This document shows positions 18,785 to 27,900 of a stretch of 64,000 nt of DNA, in pieces. This DNA comes from a virus, in the IMG/VR virus record IMGVR_UViG_3300027806_000035, positions 22,447 to 86,446 of that record; one strand, 5' to 3'. Both the position numbers and the translations under genes were made by a program. The notes under the pieces were generated by a model. That model saw only the letters and a list, made by a program, of their open reading frames with translations, ran no database searches and was not told where the DNA came from. Each line of letters starts with the position of its first letter. The first letter of the stretch is position 1.

Positions 18785-21700
18785 TTTTCAATCACCCAGT
18801 TTTCGTCAGTGGACAGCCCTCCCCAATTCTGGGACAAGATCAGCCTGCCATTTTCATCAGTCGGAGTCTCAATGGCATTTGCGATGAATCCGCTGTTTTC
18901 GGCCGGATCAATGTCCAGAATTCTGTAGGTCTTGTAGTCGGAGCCGGATTCCTTGATCACGAAAATGATGCCAGATGGTGAAGCCGTGCCATCTTCGTTG
19001 ATCGTCAACTCAGATTCCGTGACCTCGCTTTCAAGGATGCCATCCCAGATCATCGCCTGATAAGTTCCAGGCTCAATGTCGGTGACGGAAATCACAAGGC
19101 CATCGCTCTTAACGATGCCAGTCTTGTATTCATTGAAGAATGTCACTTCAACAGGGACTTGCACATAGTCGCCTGGCTTGATTGGTGCGAGCAGCGAGTC
19201 CTGCGTCAACTCCATTGTAATGCCATGTGTTGAAAGCCTGCGAATACGGGCCTTCATCTTCAGATAGTCAATCAGGTGCTTCTCGTTTGTCGCAAAATCT
19301 GATAGATCAAACGACTGGATCGGATCATCCTCCGACGAAAGCGCACCAGCTTCGCGCAACAGAATCTCGCGCTCAACAGGGAAGATCCCAGGATTCGTGA
19401 TCGTGCTCAGTTTCCGCTCTTCCCGCCAGCGACCAGAAACCTTGATCGACCTACGAGACTCTTCGTCAATCGCCGAGAATGAGAAGCTGCGCATTTGCAG
19501 CAGGCCGAATACACCCTTGATGTCAACGGGTGCGTTCCAGTTGGTTCGGTCACCCTCCACGTACGGGAACATGGGACGCAGCACGTAACGCCCATCAATC
19601 TCCATGAAATACAGCAGGTGCTCTTCCGCTTTCTTGGCTACCCATTCCTTGATATTCGTCGGGAGATAGACGAGATCACAGAAATACCTGTTGTCGTAGC
19701 ACCACTGAGCTGATTCACGGAAGCTATCAATGTCAATCTGCTCATCGCTGACCTGATCGCCGGTTCCGTAGACCGGATTGGTGAACAGCTCAAGAGCGAT
19801 GTCGGGGAACAGGTGCGTCGGCCCCGGCGTCATGTCATTCAGGAGTCTGCGAGCCTCTGGATAGCCAGCGTTCGCATAGCCAGAGAGCTGCCCCAGCTGC
19901 TGGAATGTGTTTCCAGGGAGGAGGTTCAGGCCGACAATGCCCATGTCCGGGTAGAGCGGCAGCGTCTCGTTCTGAACGATCTCGGTCACGGAGACGATTT
20001 CATGCTCCGGTCCGCCCTCAGCCGTTGAAGAAACCTCAGGGAATACGAATGTTTCAGCTAGCGCGCCAAATTCATCGACGAACTGCACGCCATCAGTGTA
20101 TCCATAGCCAAGGTTCCCGTATCCCTGCGCCTGGTCCTTGTGGACGGCTGGCAGCCGGAACGGATCATCGCCATCGTTGACAACGCCAACGTCACTGCCG
20201 TTACCCTCTTTTCCATAAACCTGCAGCACAACTGATTCGTGCGCTCTGGTGATCAGATTTCCATTCGCCTGCCGCTTATCTTCGATCAGGACGTAGGCGC
20301 CAGAAGCGTTACCAGATCTGATCTCCCAGCCAGAAAGCGGCTCAAACTCAATTTCCCACTGTTCAACGGTTGGGAACTGGAGTCTGACCGTATTGAACTG
20401 ACTTTGTTGATTGATTCCACGAATGCAATAGCACTCGGGAAAGGTGATCCATTCTCCAGTGCTGCTGCTTGGTCTGACGCGAATCCTGAAGAACGAGTAC
20501 CGCATCTGAGCGGTCGTTACCGTTCCAGACGTATAGTTGAATTGCTTGAGCGTTGATCCCTTGGAGATCGTGTCGCCCCTGTAGTCAAGACATGCCTTGT
20601 TATCTGCAGCTCCGTAGGAAATAGTGTCCCTGAAGTTGCACAGATTGTTGATCCTGATGCCAAGAGTGCTCCTGATGATGATTTCAATCAGGCGCGTCGG
20701 CCTTGTGGTCGTGATTGTTGCAATTGAAACCCTGAACAGGTGCGGGAAATTTGTTGCCGTGTAGCGGTCAATGTTGCTGCCAACGTTCGCATTGACACGG
20801 AGGTCGGAAATAGTCGTCAGATCAATGACGCCGGGTCTGACAACGGTGAACGTGGCTTCAATGCTTTGACCTGGGCGCGGATCTTGTGAGCCAGGATCAG
20901 AGAAGTTTGCCTCGCTAGTGAAGACCTCGCCTTCGGGGCTGCGCCCGGTGCATACGACAAGAGCCGTGCCGAACTTGTAAAGAGAGCCGATCTGAATTGC
21001 GTCGTCCCACTGCTCTTGCTTTCCGGCGATGGCGGAAGCGATGTCAGCGGCTGGCTCGCTGTAAAGCTCACCCTTATTTAGCGTTGCTTGAACCGTTTCC
21101 CTTGAATCAGCGGTTGATTCAACAACGTAAATAGTTGAGGCTGAACTGTAATTGCCGGAGAATGTCTGGTTGATGAAGTCGACATCGTAGTTTGCTTCAA
21201 CGTCGGTTTCCTGTTGAACGTTGACGCGGTAGTAAGTTGACGGCTCTTCGTCATCGTCAACTGCCCCATTCACGAATGTAATCTTGAATCTTGAATACAG
21301 CAGCGCCTTCTTCTGATCGTTCGTCAGCCCGGAAGCGTTGTACTGAAGTCGCGTACTGAGTGTTACGCGCTTGCCGGACTGCTGGGTGACGGTGACGATT
21401 GGATTCGGTACGACCTGATCACCCGAGTCAAGCCATTGGATACCAGCTTCAAGAGCCGAGAGGCTTCCACTGAAAGCGGTGGATCTAAGTCCAGTGGTTG
21501 AATTGGTTGATCTGTATTCATTTACGGTTGTCCCACTCCCACCAATTCGCTCAACCTCAACATTGACATCCCATGCTTGAGCATTGAACGCTTTGCTGAA
21601 GTCAGTTTCAACATCGCTGCTCTTGTCAAGAACGTATGTCAGTGTGTTGCCGATCGCGCTTGCGTCGCCAGAGATGAAACCAGATCGAGTTGAGTAGACT

Positions 21701-22638
21701 GCGCGTGTTTTGTCACGTTGCGCCGCTGCTACATCATCAATCTGACAAACAACCTTAGCATCGCCATCATCACCCTTTGGAATGAGTTGAGCTTGGTACT
21801 GAGCCCTGATGACAGGATTTATACGATAAGCGAGATTGTTGCCGATTGGAGAATAAACGCCAAAAGCAGCATTTGAACTGGGTCTGACGACAGAACAGAA
21901 GTCACCAGCCCATGCTCTGTCAATAGAGCGAGCTGCAAAAACATCGTCGCCACCCTGATTCTCAGCATTCCCCGGATCCAGATTTGCAAGTCTGCCGGCA
22001 ATTCTGTCCTCAGACGTGATTCTGCCGCCATCCGGCCTGAAGTAGATGACGTACGAGGATCCTAATTCTGTTCCTGGTCCAATGTTATACGCATTCAGAA
22101 GATTATTGCCCAGAGCAAAACCATTAGGGTCAAGTTCAGCAATTCCGCCATCGCCAGCAAGGAAAACAGCACGGAGTAGTTGCTGACCATTGCTTGTTTG
22201 CAGCTGACTCCACAGTAGATCCATGTTGACGCGGATGCCACCGTAGGTTTCGCCGTCAATCACCTCCTTCAGAGCGAAAACCATCGGCATCGGCTGGCCG
22301 ATCGCTGCCGGCTGCTGCAGCGAATCGAAGCCCTCCCGAGGGGCGTAGCGGCGCACATCGCTGACCGTCTTGCCCAGGCGCTCGCTGCTCTGGATCCGGG
22401 CTGGCTCCACCTCCCCAGGCCGGAAGAACTGGGCGATGATCGTCAGCCCCACGGAGATCGCCGAGGCGACCAGGGAGATCACAGCCAGCGTTCCCAGGGG
22501 CTCGCCGGCCACAACGGCTGGTCGAGGCCCTTTGGCAGCCCTCTTGGCAGCCTCTGCGTAGAACCGCTTCACCTCCTCCGGCCGGATCCCCAAGATGCGA
22601 CCGAGGCGATAGTGCATCGGCAGGAGATGAGGCTTCAC
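18781..22638 (-). CDS. Tail tip / host-specificity protein (lambda gpJ-like hub)
   Basis: About 1285 aa following the L/K-like genes; AIGQPMPMVF, LFTNPVYGTG and IKPGDYVQV motifs; the GTG start at 22638 overlaps the upstream stop (the ORF track starts at 22695). Confidence 0.75.
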   Translation of the reverse strand: MKPHLLPMHYRLGRILGIRPEEVKRFYAEAAKRAAKGPRPAVVAGEPLGTLAVISLVASAISVGLTIIAQFFRPGEVEPARIQSSERLGKTVSDVRRYAPREGFDSLQQPAAIGQPMPMVFALKEVIDGETYGGIRVNMDLLWSQLQTSNGQQLLRAVFLAGDGGIAELDPNGFALGNNLLNAYNIGPGTELGSSYVIYFRPDGGRITSEDRIAGRLANLDPGNAENQGGDDVFAARSIDRAWAGDFCSVVRPSSNAAFGVYSPIGNNLAYRINPVIRAQYQAQLIPKGDDGDAKVVCQIDDVAAAQRDKTRAVYSTRSGFISGDASAIGNTLTYVLDKSSDVETDFSKAFNAQAWDVNVEVERIGGSGTTVNEYRSTNSTTGLRSTAFSGSLSALEAGIQWLDSGDQVVPNPIVTVTQQSGKRVTLSTRLQYNASGLTNDQKKALLYSRFKITFVNGAVDDDEEPSTYYRVNVQQETDVEANYDVDFINQTFSGNYSSASTIYVVESTADSRETVQATLNKGELYSEPAADIASAIAGKQEQWDDAIQIGSLYKFGTALVVCTGRSPEGEVFTSEANFSDPGSQDPRPGQSIEATFTVVRPGVIDLTTISDLRVNANVGSNIDRYTATNFPHLFRVSIATITTTRPTRLIEIIIRSTLGIRINNLCNFRDTISYGAADNKACLDYRGDTISKGSTLKQFNYTSGTVTTAQMRYSFFRIRVRPSSSTGEWITFPECYCIRGINQQSQFNTVRLQFPTVEQWEIEFEPLSGWEIRSGNASGAYVLIEDKRQANGNLITRAHESVVLQVYGKEGNGSDVGVVNDGDDPFRLPAVHKDQAQGYGNLGYGYTDGVQFVDEFGALAETFVFPEVSSTAEGGPEHEIVSVTEIVQNETLPLYPDMGIVGLNLLPGNTFQQLGQLSGYANAGYPEARRLLNDMTPGPTHLFPDIALELFTNPVYGTGDQVSDEQIDIDSFRESAQWCYDNRYFCDLVYLPTNIKEWVAKKAEEHLLYFMEIDGRYVLRPMFPYVEGDRTNWNAPVDIKGVFGLLQMRSFSFSAIDEESRRSIKVSGRWREERKLSTITNPGIFPVEREILLREAGALSSEDDPIQSFDLSDFATNEKHLIDYLKMKARIRRLSTHGITMELTQDSLLAPIKPGDYVQVPVEVTFFNEYKTGIVKSDGLVISVTDIEPGTYQAMIWDGILESEVTESELTINEDGTASPSGIIFVIKESGSDYKTYRILDIDPAENSGFIANAIETPTDENGRLILSQNWGGLSTDENWVIEK

Positions 22639-23042
22639 TTTACAAAACGGCGAAAGTTGAACTTTGGCAGTCCGGGAGTTGTAAGAGGAAGCCAAACAAC
22701 ACCTTTCCTTGTGTGAATTGTAACGACACCAAGATTGCCGCTATTTTCAAGTACCGTAGAGATCCCGAGCTTTGGGTGTCCGCCGGCTCCCCTGTTCCGC
22801 GTCATTGCTACACAGCCCTGCTCAACAACATCAGTTGGACAGGTGTGATGATTCCAAGCCGTCTCCAGTGAACCCCAGAGTCCAGCAGCGGCCATGTCCA
22901 TCCAACGAGGATCAATCTCTGGCCTGTAGATTCCGGCTTCATCGAGAAGGGTGAAACAGAGGAGCAAGCAATCTGCGGCTTTTCCTTCTTTCGGGTCAGC
23001 CCAGAACTCATGCTTCAGTCCAAGATACTGATGAAGGCTCAT
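22635..23042 (-). CDS. NlpC/P60-like tail assembly protein (gpK-like)
   Basis: YLGLKHEF...ADCLLL motif; position between the minor tail and tip genes. Confidence 0.65.
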   Translation of the reverse strand: MSLHQYLGLKHEFWADPKEGKAADCLLLCFTLLDEAGIYRPEIDPRWMDMAAAGLWGSLETAWNHHTCPTDVVEQGCVAMTRNRGAGGHPKLGISTVLENSGNLGVVTIHTRKGVVWLPLTTPGLPKFNFRRFVK

Positions 23043-23527
23043 ACGGAAATGGTTCCAGATGTTGGCAGCGCTCCCACAAGCGACTGTGAAAGCGGTCTAC
23101 CACCAACTGTAGCGTTGACAGTATCAAGTGGACTGGCAAGCTGAAGAACAGATTGACCCGGCCTGCCCATCTCAACCGCACCCTCAACCCTGCAGGACCA
23201 CAGCATCTTGGTCAGCTGCGTAAGTTCTTGATCGGTTTCAGTGTCAATCTCTACTGAAGTTACCTCAACCAGCCACTTACTGGAGTCCGCTTGCCAGAAG
23301 ATGTTTTGGACAAGGGTGTTGGCTGGACATACGATCGCACCCCTGCTGCGTTCTCCGCCCTGCTTGCCGCCACCACCAGAAACGCCAAGAGGGGCAAAGT
23401 CGTAATCAACTCCACCGTAAGTGCGCGTTTCGTTAATGAAATAGTTTTGGTACGCATAGGGGAGGTAGCCCCCTCCCCCGCGTTCCTTGAAGCGGATGTA
23501 GCTGACAATTGCGAATTCCCCTTTCAC
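23039..23527 (-). CDS. Minor tail protein (gpL-like)
   Basis: YQNYFINETRTYGGVDYDFAP...LASPLD...LVGALPTSG; follows the tape measure gene. Confidence 0.7.
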   Translation of the reverse strand: MKGEFAIVSYIRFKERGGGGYLPYAYQNYFINETRTYGGVDYDFAPLGVSGGGGKQGGERSRGAIVCPANTLVQNIFWQADSSKWLVEVTSVEIDTETDQELTQLTKMLWSCRVEGAVEMGRPGQSVLQLASPLDTVNATVGGRPLSQSLVGALPTSGTISV

Positions 23528-23531
23528 TGAA

Positions 23532-23564
23532 TCAGAGCCCCAGGCGCTTACGTGTCTTCATGCT
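23532..23564 (-). pseudogene. Displaced original 3' end of the tape measure gene; also the predicted TnpB guide
   Basis: AGC ATG AAG ACA CGT AAG CGC CTG GGG CTC TGA = SMKTRKRLGL*, identical in protein to the current tape measure C-terminus. Confidence 0.92.
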
Positions 23565-23720
23565 TTGACTTCCAGCCACCATACAGATGGTAGCCTCCTT
23601 CTACGCTGTGCATGGGAATGCCTCAGCGATCGGGTGGGTTGACGCTTCACAGCCTGCCGCCACCGAAAGGGTGGACTGATGCACGGCTCCACGCCCGTTT
23701 TGACTCTCCGCCAGTCCGGC
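23545..23720 (-). ncRNA. Predicted TnpB omegaRNA/reRNA with guide AGCATGAAGACACGTAAGCG
   Basis: Overlaps the tnpB 3' end; right-end hairpin GGCTACCAT-CTGT-ATGGTGGCT, then GGAAG-TCAA, then the guide; the 5' boundary is approximate. Confidence 0.7.
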
Positions 23721-24809
23721 GGCGAGGATGTTCAAAGCAGCGTTGATGTCGCGGTCGTGAACCGTTCCGCAACTCGGGCACTGCCACTCCCGAATCGACA
23801 GCTCTTTCTTGCCGTCGTGATGGCCGCAAGCTGAGCAGACCTGACTGGTAGGGAGCCATCGGTTGATGACAACCACCTGCCTGCCATATTGCTCAGCCTT
23901 GGACTCCAGCAGAGCCCTGAACTGCCGCCAACCCGCATCGGCAATCGAGCGGGCCAGCTTCTTGTTCTTCAGCATCCCCGAAACGTTCAGGTCTTCCAGC
24001 ACCACCGTTTGGTTTTCACGGATGATGCGGGTCGAGAGCTGATGCAGGAAGTCGAGGCGCCGATCAGCAGCCTTGGCGTGCAGCTTGGCTACCCTGCGTC
24101 TAGCGAAAGCCAGACGGTTAGAGCCCTTTTCCTTGTGCTTCAGGTTGCGCTGCAGCCGCCGCAGCCGCTTAAGCGCCGAGCGCAGAAACCTCGGCGGAGC
24201 AATCTTTTTGCCATCTGAGGTAACGGCGAGGGATGTCAAGCCCAAGTCTATGCCAATCACTTTGCCGTTTTTCGGCATTTGACTTGGCTCGACTTCTACA
24301 ACAAAGCTTGCGAAATAACGTCCGCTGGAATCACGAATAATTGTGACACTGGTTGGCGATGACGGCAGTGAGCGACTCCAAATAATTGGCACTGAACCAA
24401 TTTTTGCAAGAATCAAACGATTATTTTTTACGCGAAATGCATTGGATGTAAAACGAGCTGACTGGGTGCCGCACTTTTTCTTGAAGCGCGGCGGGCCAAC
24501 CCCACTGCCCCTGCGCTTTCCTTTTAGGCTATTCCACCAATTACGATAGGCTCTGTCAAGGTCGCGCACAGACTGCTGAAGTATCGTATTACTTGGTTCG
24601 GCAAGCCACTTTCTTTCAGGAGTCTGCTTCGCTTGAGTAATGCAAAGCTTGGCTAAAATTGGATAGGTAACTTTTTGACCAGCACTGTATAGCTCGCGGC
24701 TTTTGGCTAGAGCGTCATTCCATACAACGCGAGCGCAGCCAAAGGCCTTGCCGATCGCACCTATTTGGTGCGGGTGTGGATACAGGCGAAACCGGTAGCG
24801 TCGCTTCAT
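23601..24809 (-). CDS. tnpB: RNA-guided endonuclease TnpB
   Basis: YRFRLYP...[10 protein letters not shown]-terminus; RuvC-I GIDLG, RuvC-II VLEDL, Zn finger CSACG/CPSCG, Ruv[15 protein letters not shown]; all three catalytic residues present. Confidence 0.97.
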   Translation of the reverse strand: MKRRYRFRLYPHPHQIGAIGKAFGCARVVWNDALAKSRELYSAGQKVTYPILAKLCITQAKQTPERKWLAEPSNTILQQSVRDLDRAYRNWWNSLKGKRRGSGVGPPRFKKKCGTQSARFTSNAFRVKNNRLILAKIGSVPIIWSRSLPSSPTSVTIIRDSSGRYFASFVVEVEPSQMPKNGKVIGIDLGLTSLAVTSDGKKIAPPRFLRSALKRLRRLQRNLKHKEKGSNRLAFARRRVAKLHAKAADRRLDFLHQLSTRIIRENQTVVLEDLNVSGMLKNKKLARSIADAGWRQFRALLESKAEQYGRQVVVINRWLPTSQVCSACGHHDGKKELSIREWQCPSCGTVHDRDINAALNILAAGLAESQNGRGAVHQSTLSVAAGCEASTHPIAEAFPCTA

Positions 24810-24815
24810 CAGTCA

Positions 24816-24824
24816 ATTATACCA
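24816..24824 (-). promoter_or_regulatory. Extended -10 promoter giving a probably leaderless tnpB mRNA
   Basis: TGGTATAAT followed by 6 nt (TGACTG) and the tnpB ATG. Confidence 0.7.
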
Positions 24825-24901
24825 CGCGGGGCCACTCCTACCCACCCCCGGCTTCCCGTCGCCTTGGCGTATGGTCGCTTAATTGCCCGACAAGTATATA
24901 A

Positions 24902-27900
24902 CTACAGGCCGAGTCGTTTTCTGGTCTTCATGCTATCGGCAAGTTCACGAATCGTCTGGTTCCGGGCCACCTTAGCAGTACGGGCATTAGATGCCTCAAG
25001 CTGCTCGGGAGTGACGAAATCGTACTCGTTGACGCGAGTGGTTTCGTACTTGATCGGAGGCAGTTCTTTCGGGCTGCTGGTGACACGCTCCAGTCGGTCG
25101 ATCTCCCTGGTCGTTTCACTCCGCTGATACGGAACGGCCCGACCATAGTTGCCGGTGTAGATGGTGTCACTAGATTCACCATCACCGCTCTCCATGCTGC
25201 TCGCGGCGCGACGGGTATAGCGGCCGATCGAAGGGGCACTGCCGCCCTTGTCGTCAAGGCCGGGGACGTACAGCTCGTCGTTGGGAATGATCGTGCCTGG
25301 GCGGTCGGGAACCCACAGCTCAGGGCCGTTCTCGCCGATGATCGCCGGGTCGTAGGGATCAGGGCGACCGCCCGAGGCATAGCCAGGCAGGCCGAGGTTG
25401 CCGAGGTTGAGCATTTCGCCGGTAAAGCCGGGGAGCGACGACTTCGGCTTGCTGCCAAACAGACCTGACAGTCCACCGCCAGCGCCAAACATTCCAGTGA
25501 TAGAGCTGATGGATCCGAAGATTGAAGCTGCACCCATCAGGGTGTTGTAAGCCCCGCCCTTGCGGATCATCTGAGCGCCGCCAACGCCCATCGCGATGCT
25601 GCTGATCGCTTGCAGGCCGATGCCAACTGTTTTCTGGAACTTGGTGACAGAATCTGACATCTGAGTGCCGAGATCCTGAACGCTATCTGTCGCTTGCGCG
25701 GCTGCCTGGCCAAGCTGACCCAGCGATTCGGCCGTCTGATTTCCAGCTGCAGTAGCGGGACCATAGGCAGCGCCAACAGCCTCGCGCATTGCATCGTAAG
25801 CCTCAAGCATTCTCCTAGCATTTTCCTCAGCATTGAACTGAGGAGCTGGCTGAACCTGGGACACAACAGAGCCAATTTCGGAAAGAAGCTTGCTGGTGAT
25901 CGCAGGGTTTAGGCCGGGCTCTCTGCCTGGGCCGTGGAAGAAGTTCTGCCCCTCGGCTCGCAGGAAGTCGCCCTGCATCATATTGCCGTACTGGCTAACG
26001 CCTTTGAAATACAAGCGGCCATTGATGTCCTTGATCGACTGCTCAAGAAGTGCGGGATCAAGAAGCTCGGCCTTGACCTTGTTGAACAGGTCGGCGCCGT
26101 AACGATTTGGATTGACGACTTGGGCGCGACTCAGGCCAAAATTTGGTGCATACTGGCCGGCTTGGGTTACGACATCCACCAGATTCGATGGATACTGACC
26201 GGAGCGTGAGCGGCTGAGGATGTTCGCGAAAACATCAGTTCTGCCCAGCGGATCGGATCCACCATATTCGCCAATTGCAGTATTGACTGCAGCCGCAATT
26301 TCTTCATCCGTAAGACGCAGCGCCTCCTTGATGCTTCTGCCGGTCATCGGCAGATCAGGCCCGCCAACGCCCGTGAACTGTCCAGTTGCTCCACTGGACT
26401 GAGCGTCCCGATACCACTGACCGCTCTTGGGGGGCTCCGTTGCCGGCGACCTGCCGCCTGGACCTGGGACAATCCCGTTCGCGGGAGCCGTGGCCGGGGC
26501 CGGAGTGGCGCCGCGAGCCGCCGCAGCCGCAGTCTCAGCCTTTTTGACAAGTTCAATGGCAGCCTGAAGAATCTTGTCGGTATTGTCCTTGACAGCAGTA
26601 ATTGGCTGAAGCAGGGGGTTCTGCTCAGGTTTGATGCCTAAGACATCGGAGAGATTCTTGAACAGCTGATCCTGCAGGGGGCGCAGCGTAAACTCAAGGA
26701 GGACATCAAGAGTCCGATCTGCAACGCCTTCAGCGAAACGCTGAACAGATTCCAGCAGGTTCCCGCCTTTCAGCAGTTCTTTATTGAGCTGGATAAACGA
26801 GTCGGTCCAGCCACTTGCAATATCCCTAAGTCCATTAAGAACCTTGAGCTTGGCATTCAAGTTGTCAAGCGCTTTTGCGTTTCTGAGGATTTCCTCCTCC
26901 TGTCTTGGGTTGATGCCAAGCCCGCCACGGCTGTTGATGATTTGCAGCCACTTATCATATTCGCTGACAGGGAGCAGGAGCGCAGAAATCTCACCCCTCG
27001 CCTGAGTAATGGAGTTGCTGAGCTGGTCGTTTGACTGGGTGTAAAACTCAATTGTTGGCCGCAGCTTTTCAAACTCGACAGTAACTTTTTCCGCAGTGGC
27101 AATTAAGCCGAGCAGTTCGGGTGTCAGCTTGAAATCTGGCCGCCTTGCAAGAGAGCTGACAAGGCTTGTGTAAGAGCCTTGAATGACGCCGATGGCAATT
27201 GAGAAATCGTCTGCGACAAGGCCAAGTGCCTTCCTGGATCTAGTAAGAGAGTCGTCAAGCTCTTTGAATGGACCGGTGGCAAGATCGCTTATGCGACCAA
27301 TAAATTCATTGAAGTTGCCAGCCTGACCAGAATTGACAAGTGAAGTTTCAAGGTCGAGCAGGGTCTTCTGAAGCTGATCCCCGCGTGCCACGGCCTGCGT
27401 TACGCCAGCAGTAGAAACACTCCGAGTGGAGACAGACGGAATCTCCCTGAGCTTTGGAGGAGCCTTTGTTGTCTCAATCGCTTTCAGGTTTTCGCCCGCG
27501 AGCTTCAGATTTTCTGTGATGTTGTCGAAGATTGTTTGATTTGCCGTGAGTACGTCTTGATAGACCTGCTTGCCAGGATTCTCCTTCGCATTGACCTTTG
27601 CGCTTTCAAGGAAGCTGCTCTGCCTTGCCTGCATGACAAGGAGTTCGTTCTTGATAACCTCTGCCTTAAGCGAGGCAATTTTCTTTTCGGCTTCAAATGT
27701 ATTCAGGGCCGCATCTTCGTTTCTGCGTGCAACGCTTCTGTTGATCTCCTGAATTTTTTCGGCGGTGCTGATATTCAGGTCCGAAACCCTCTTGGCAACC
27801 TCGGCCTTGTACTTTTCAAGCTCAACCTGTTGGTTGCTAATCGCAATCTCAAACTGCTTACGGCGTTGCTCGATCTGATCCTGGGCCGAAAGCTGAGCGC

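Larger units (their letters stand above)
23565..24934 (-). mobile_element. IS200/IS605-family (tnpB-only, IS1341-like) element carrying a recoded tape measure 3' end
   Basis: Right end TCAA at 23565-23568; left junction directly after GCCGAT in the tape measure gene; removing 23565-24934 restores an intact gene 4 nt before the next start; no tnpA. Confidence 0.85.

Noticed and set aside
23601-24809. Nuclease-dead TnpB (TldR-type repressor)
   Set aside because: All three RuvC acidic residues (GIDLG, LEDL, DRDIN) are present.
23565-24934. IStron or group I intron explanation for the tnpB insertion
   Set aside because: Only about 90 nt separate the tape measure stop from the tnpB start, too little for a group I core, and the reading frame is restored in DNA by the recoded copy.
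23554-24934. 11-bp AGCATGAAGAC as an ordinary target-site duplication
   Set aside because: IS200/IS605 elements do not create duplications, and identity continues at the protein level for 8 more codons while the DNA differs.
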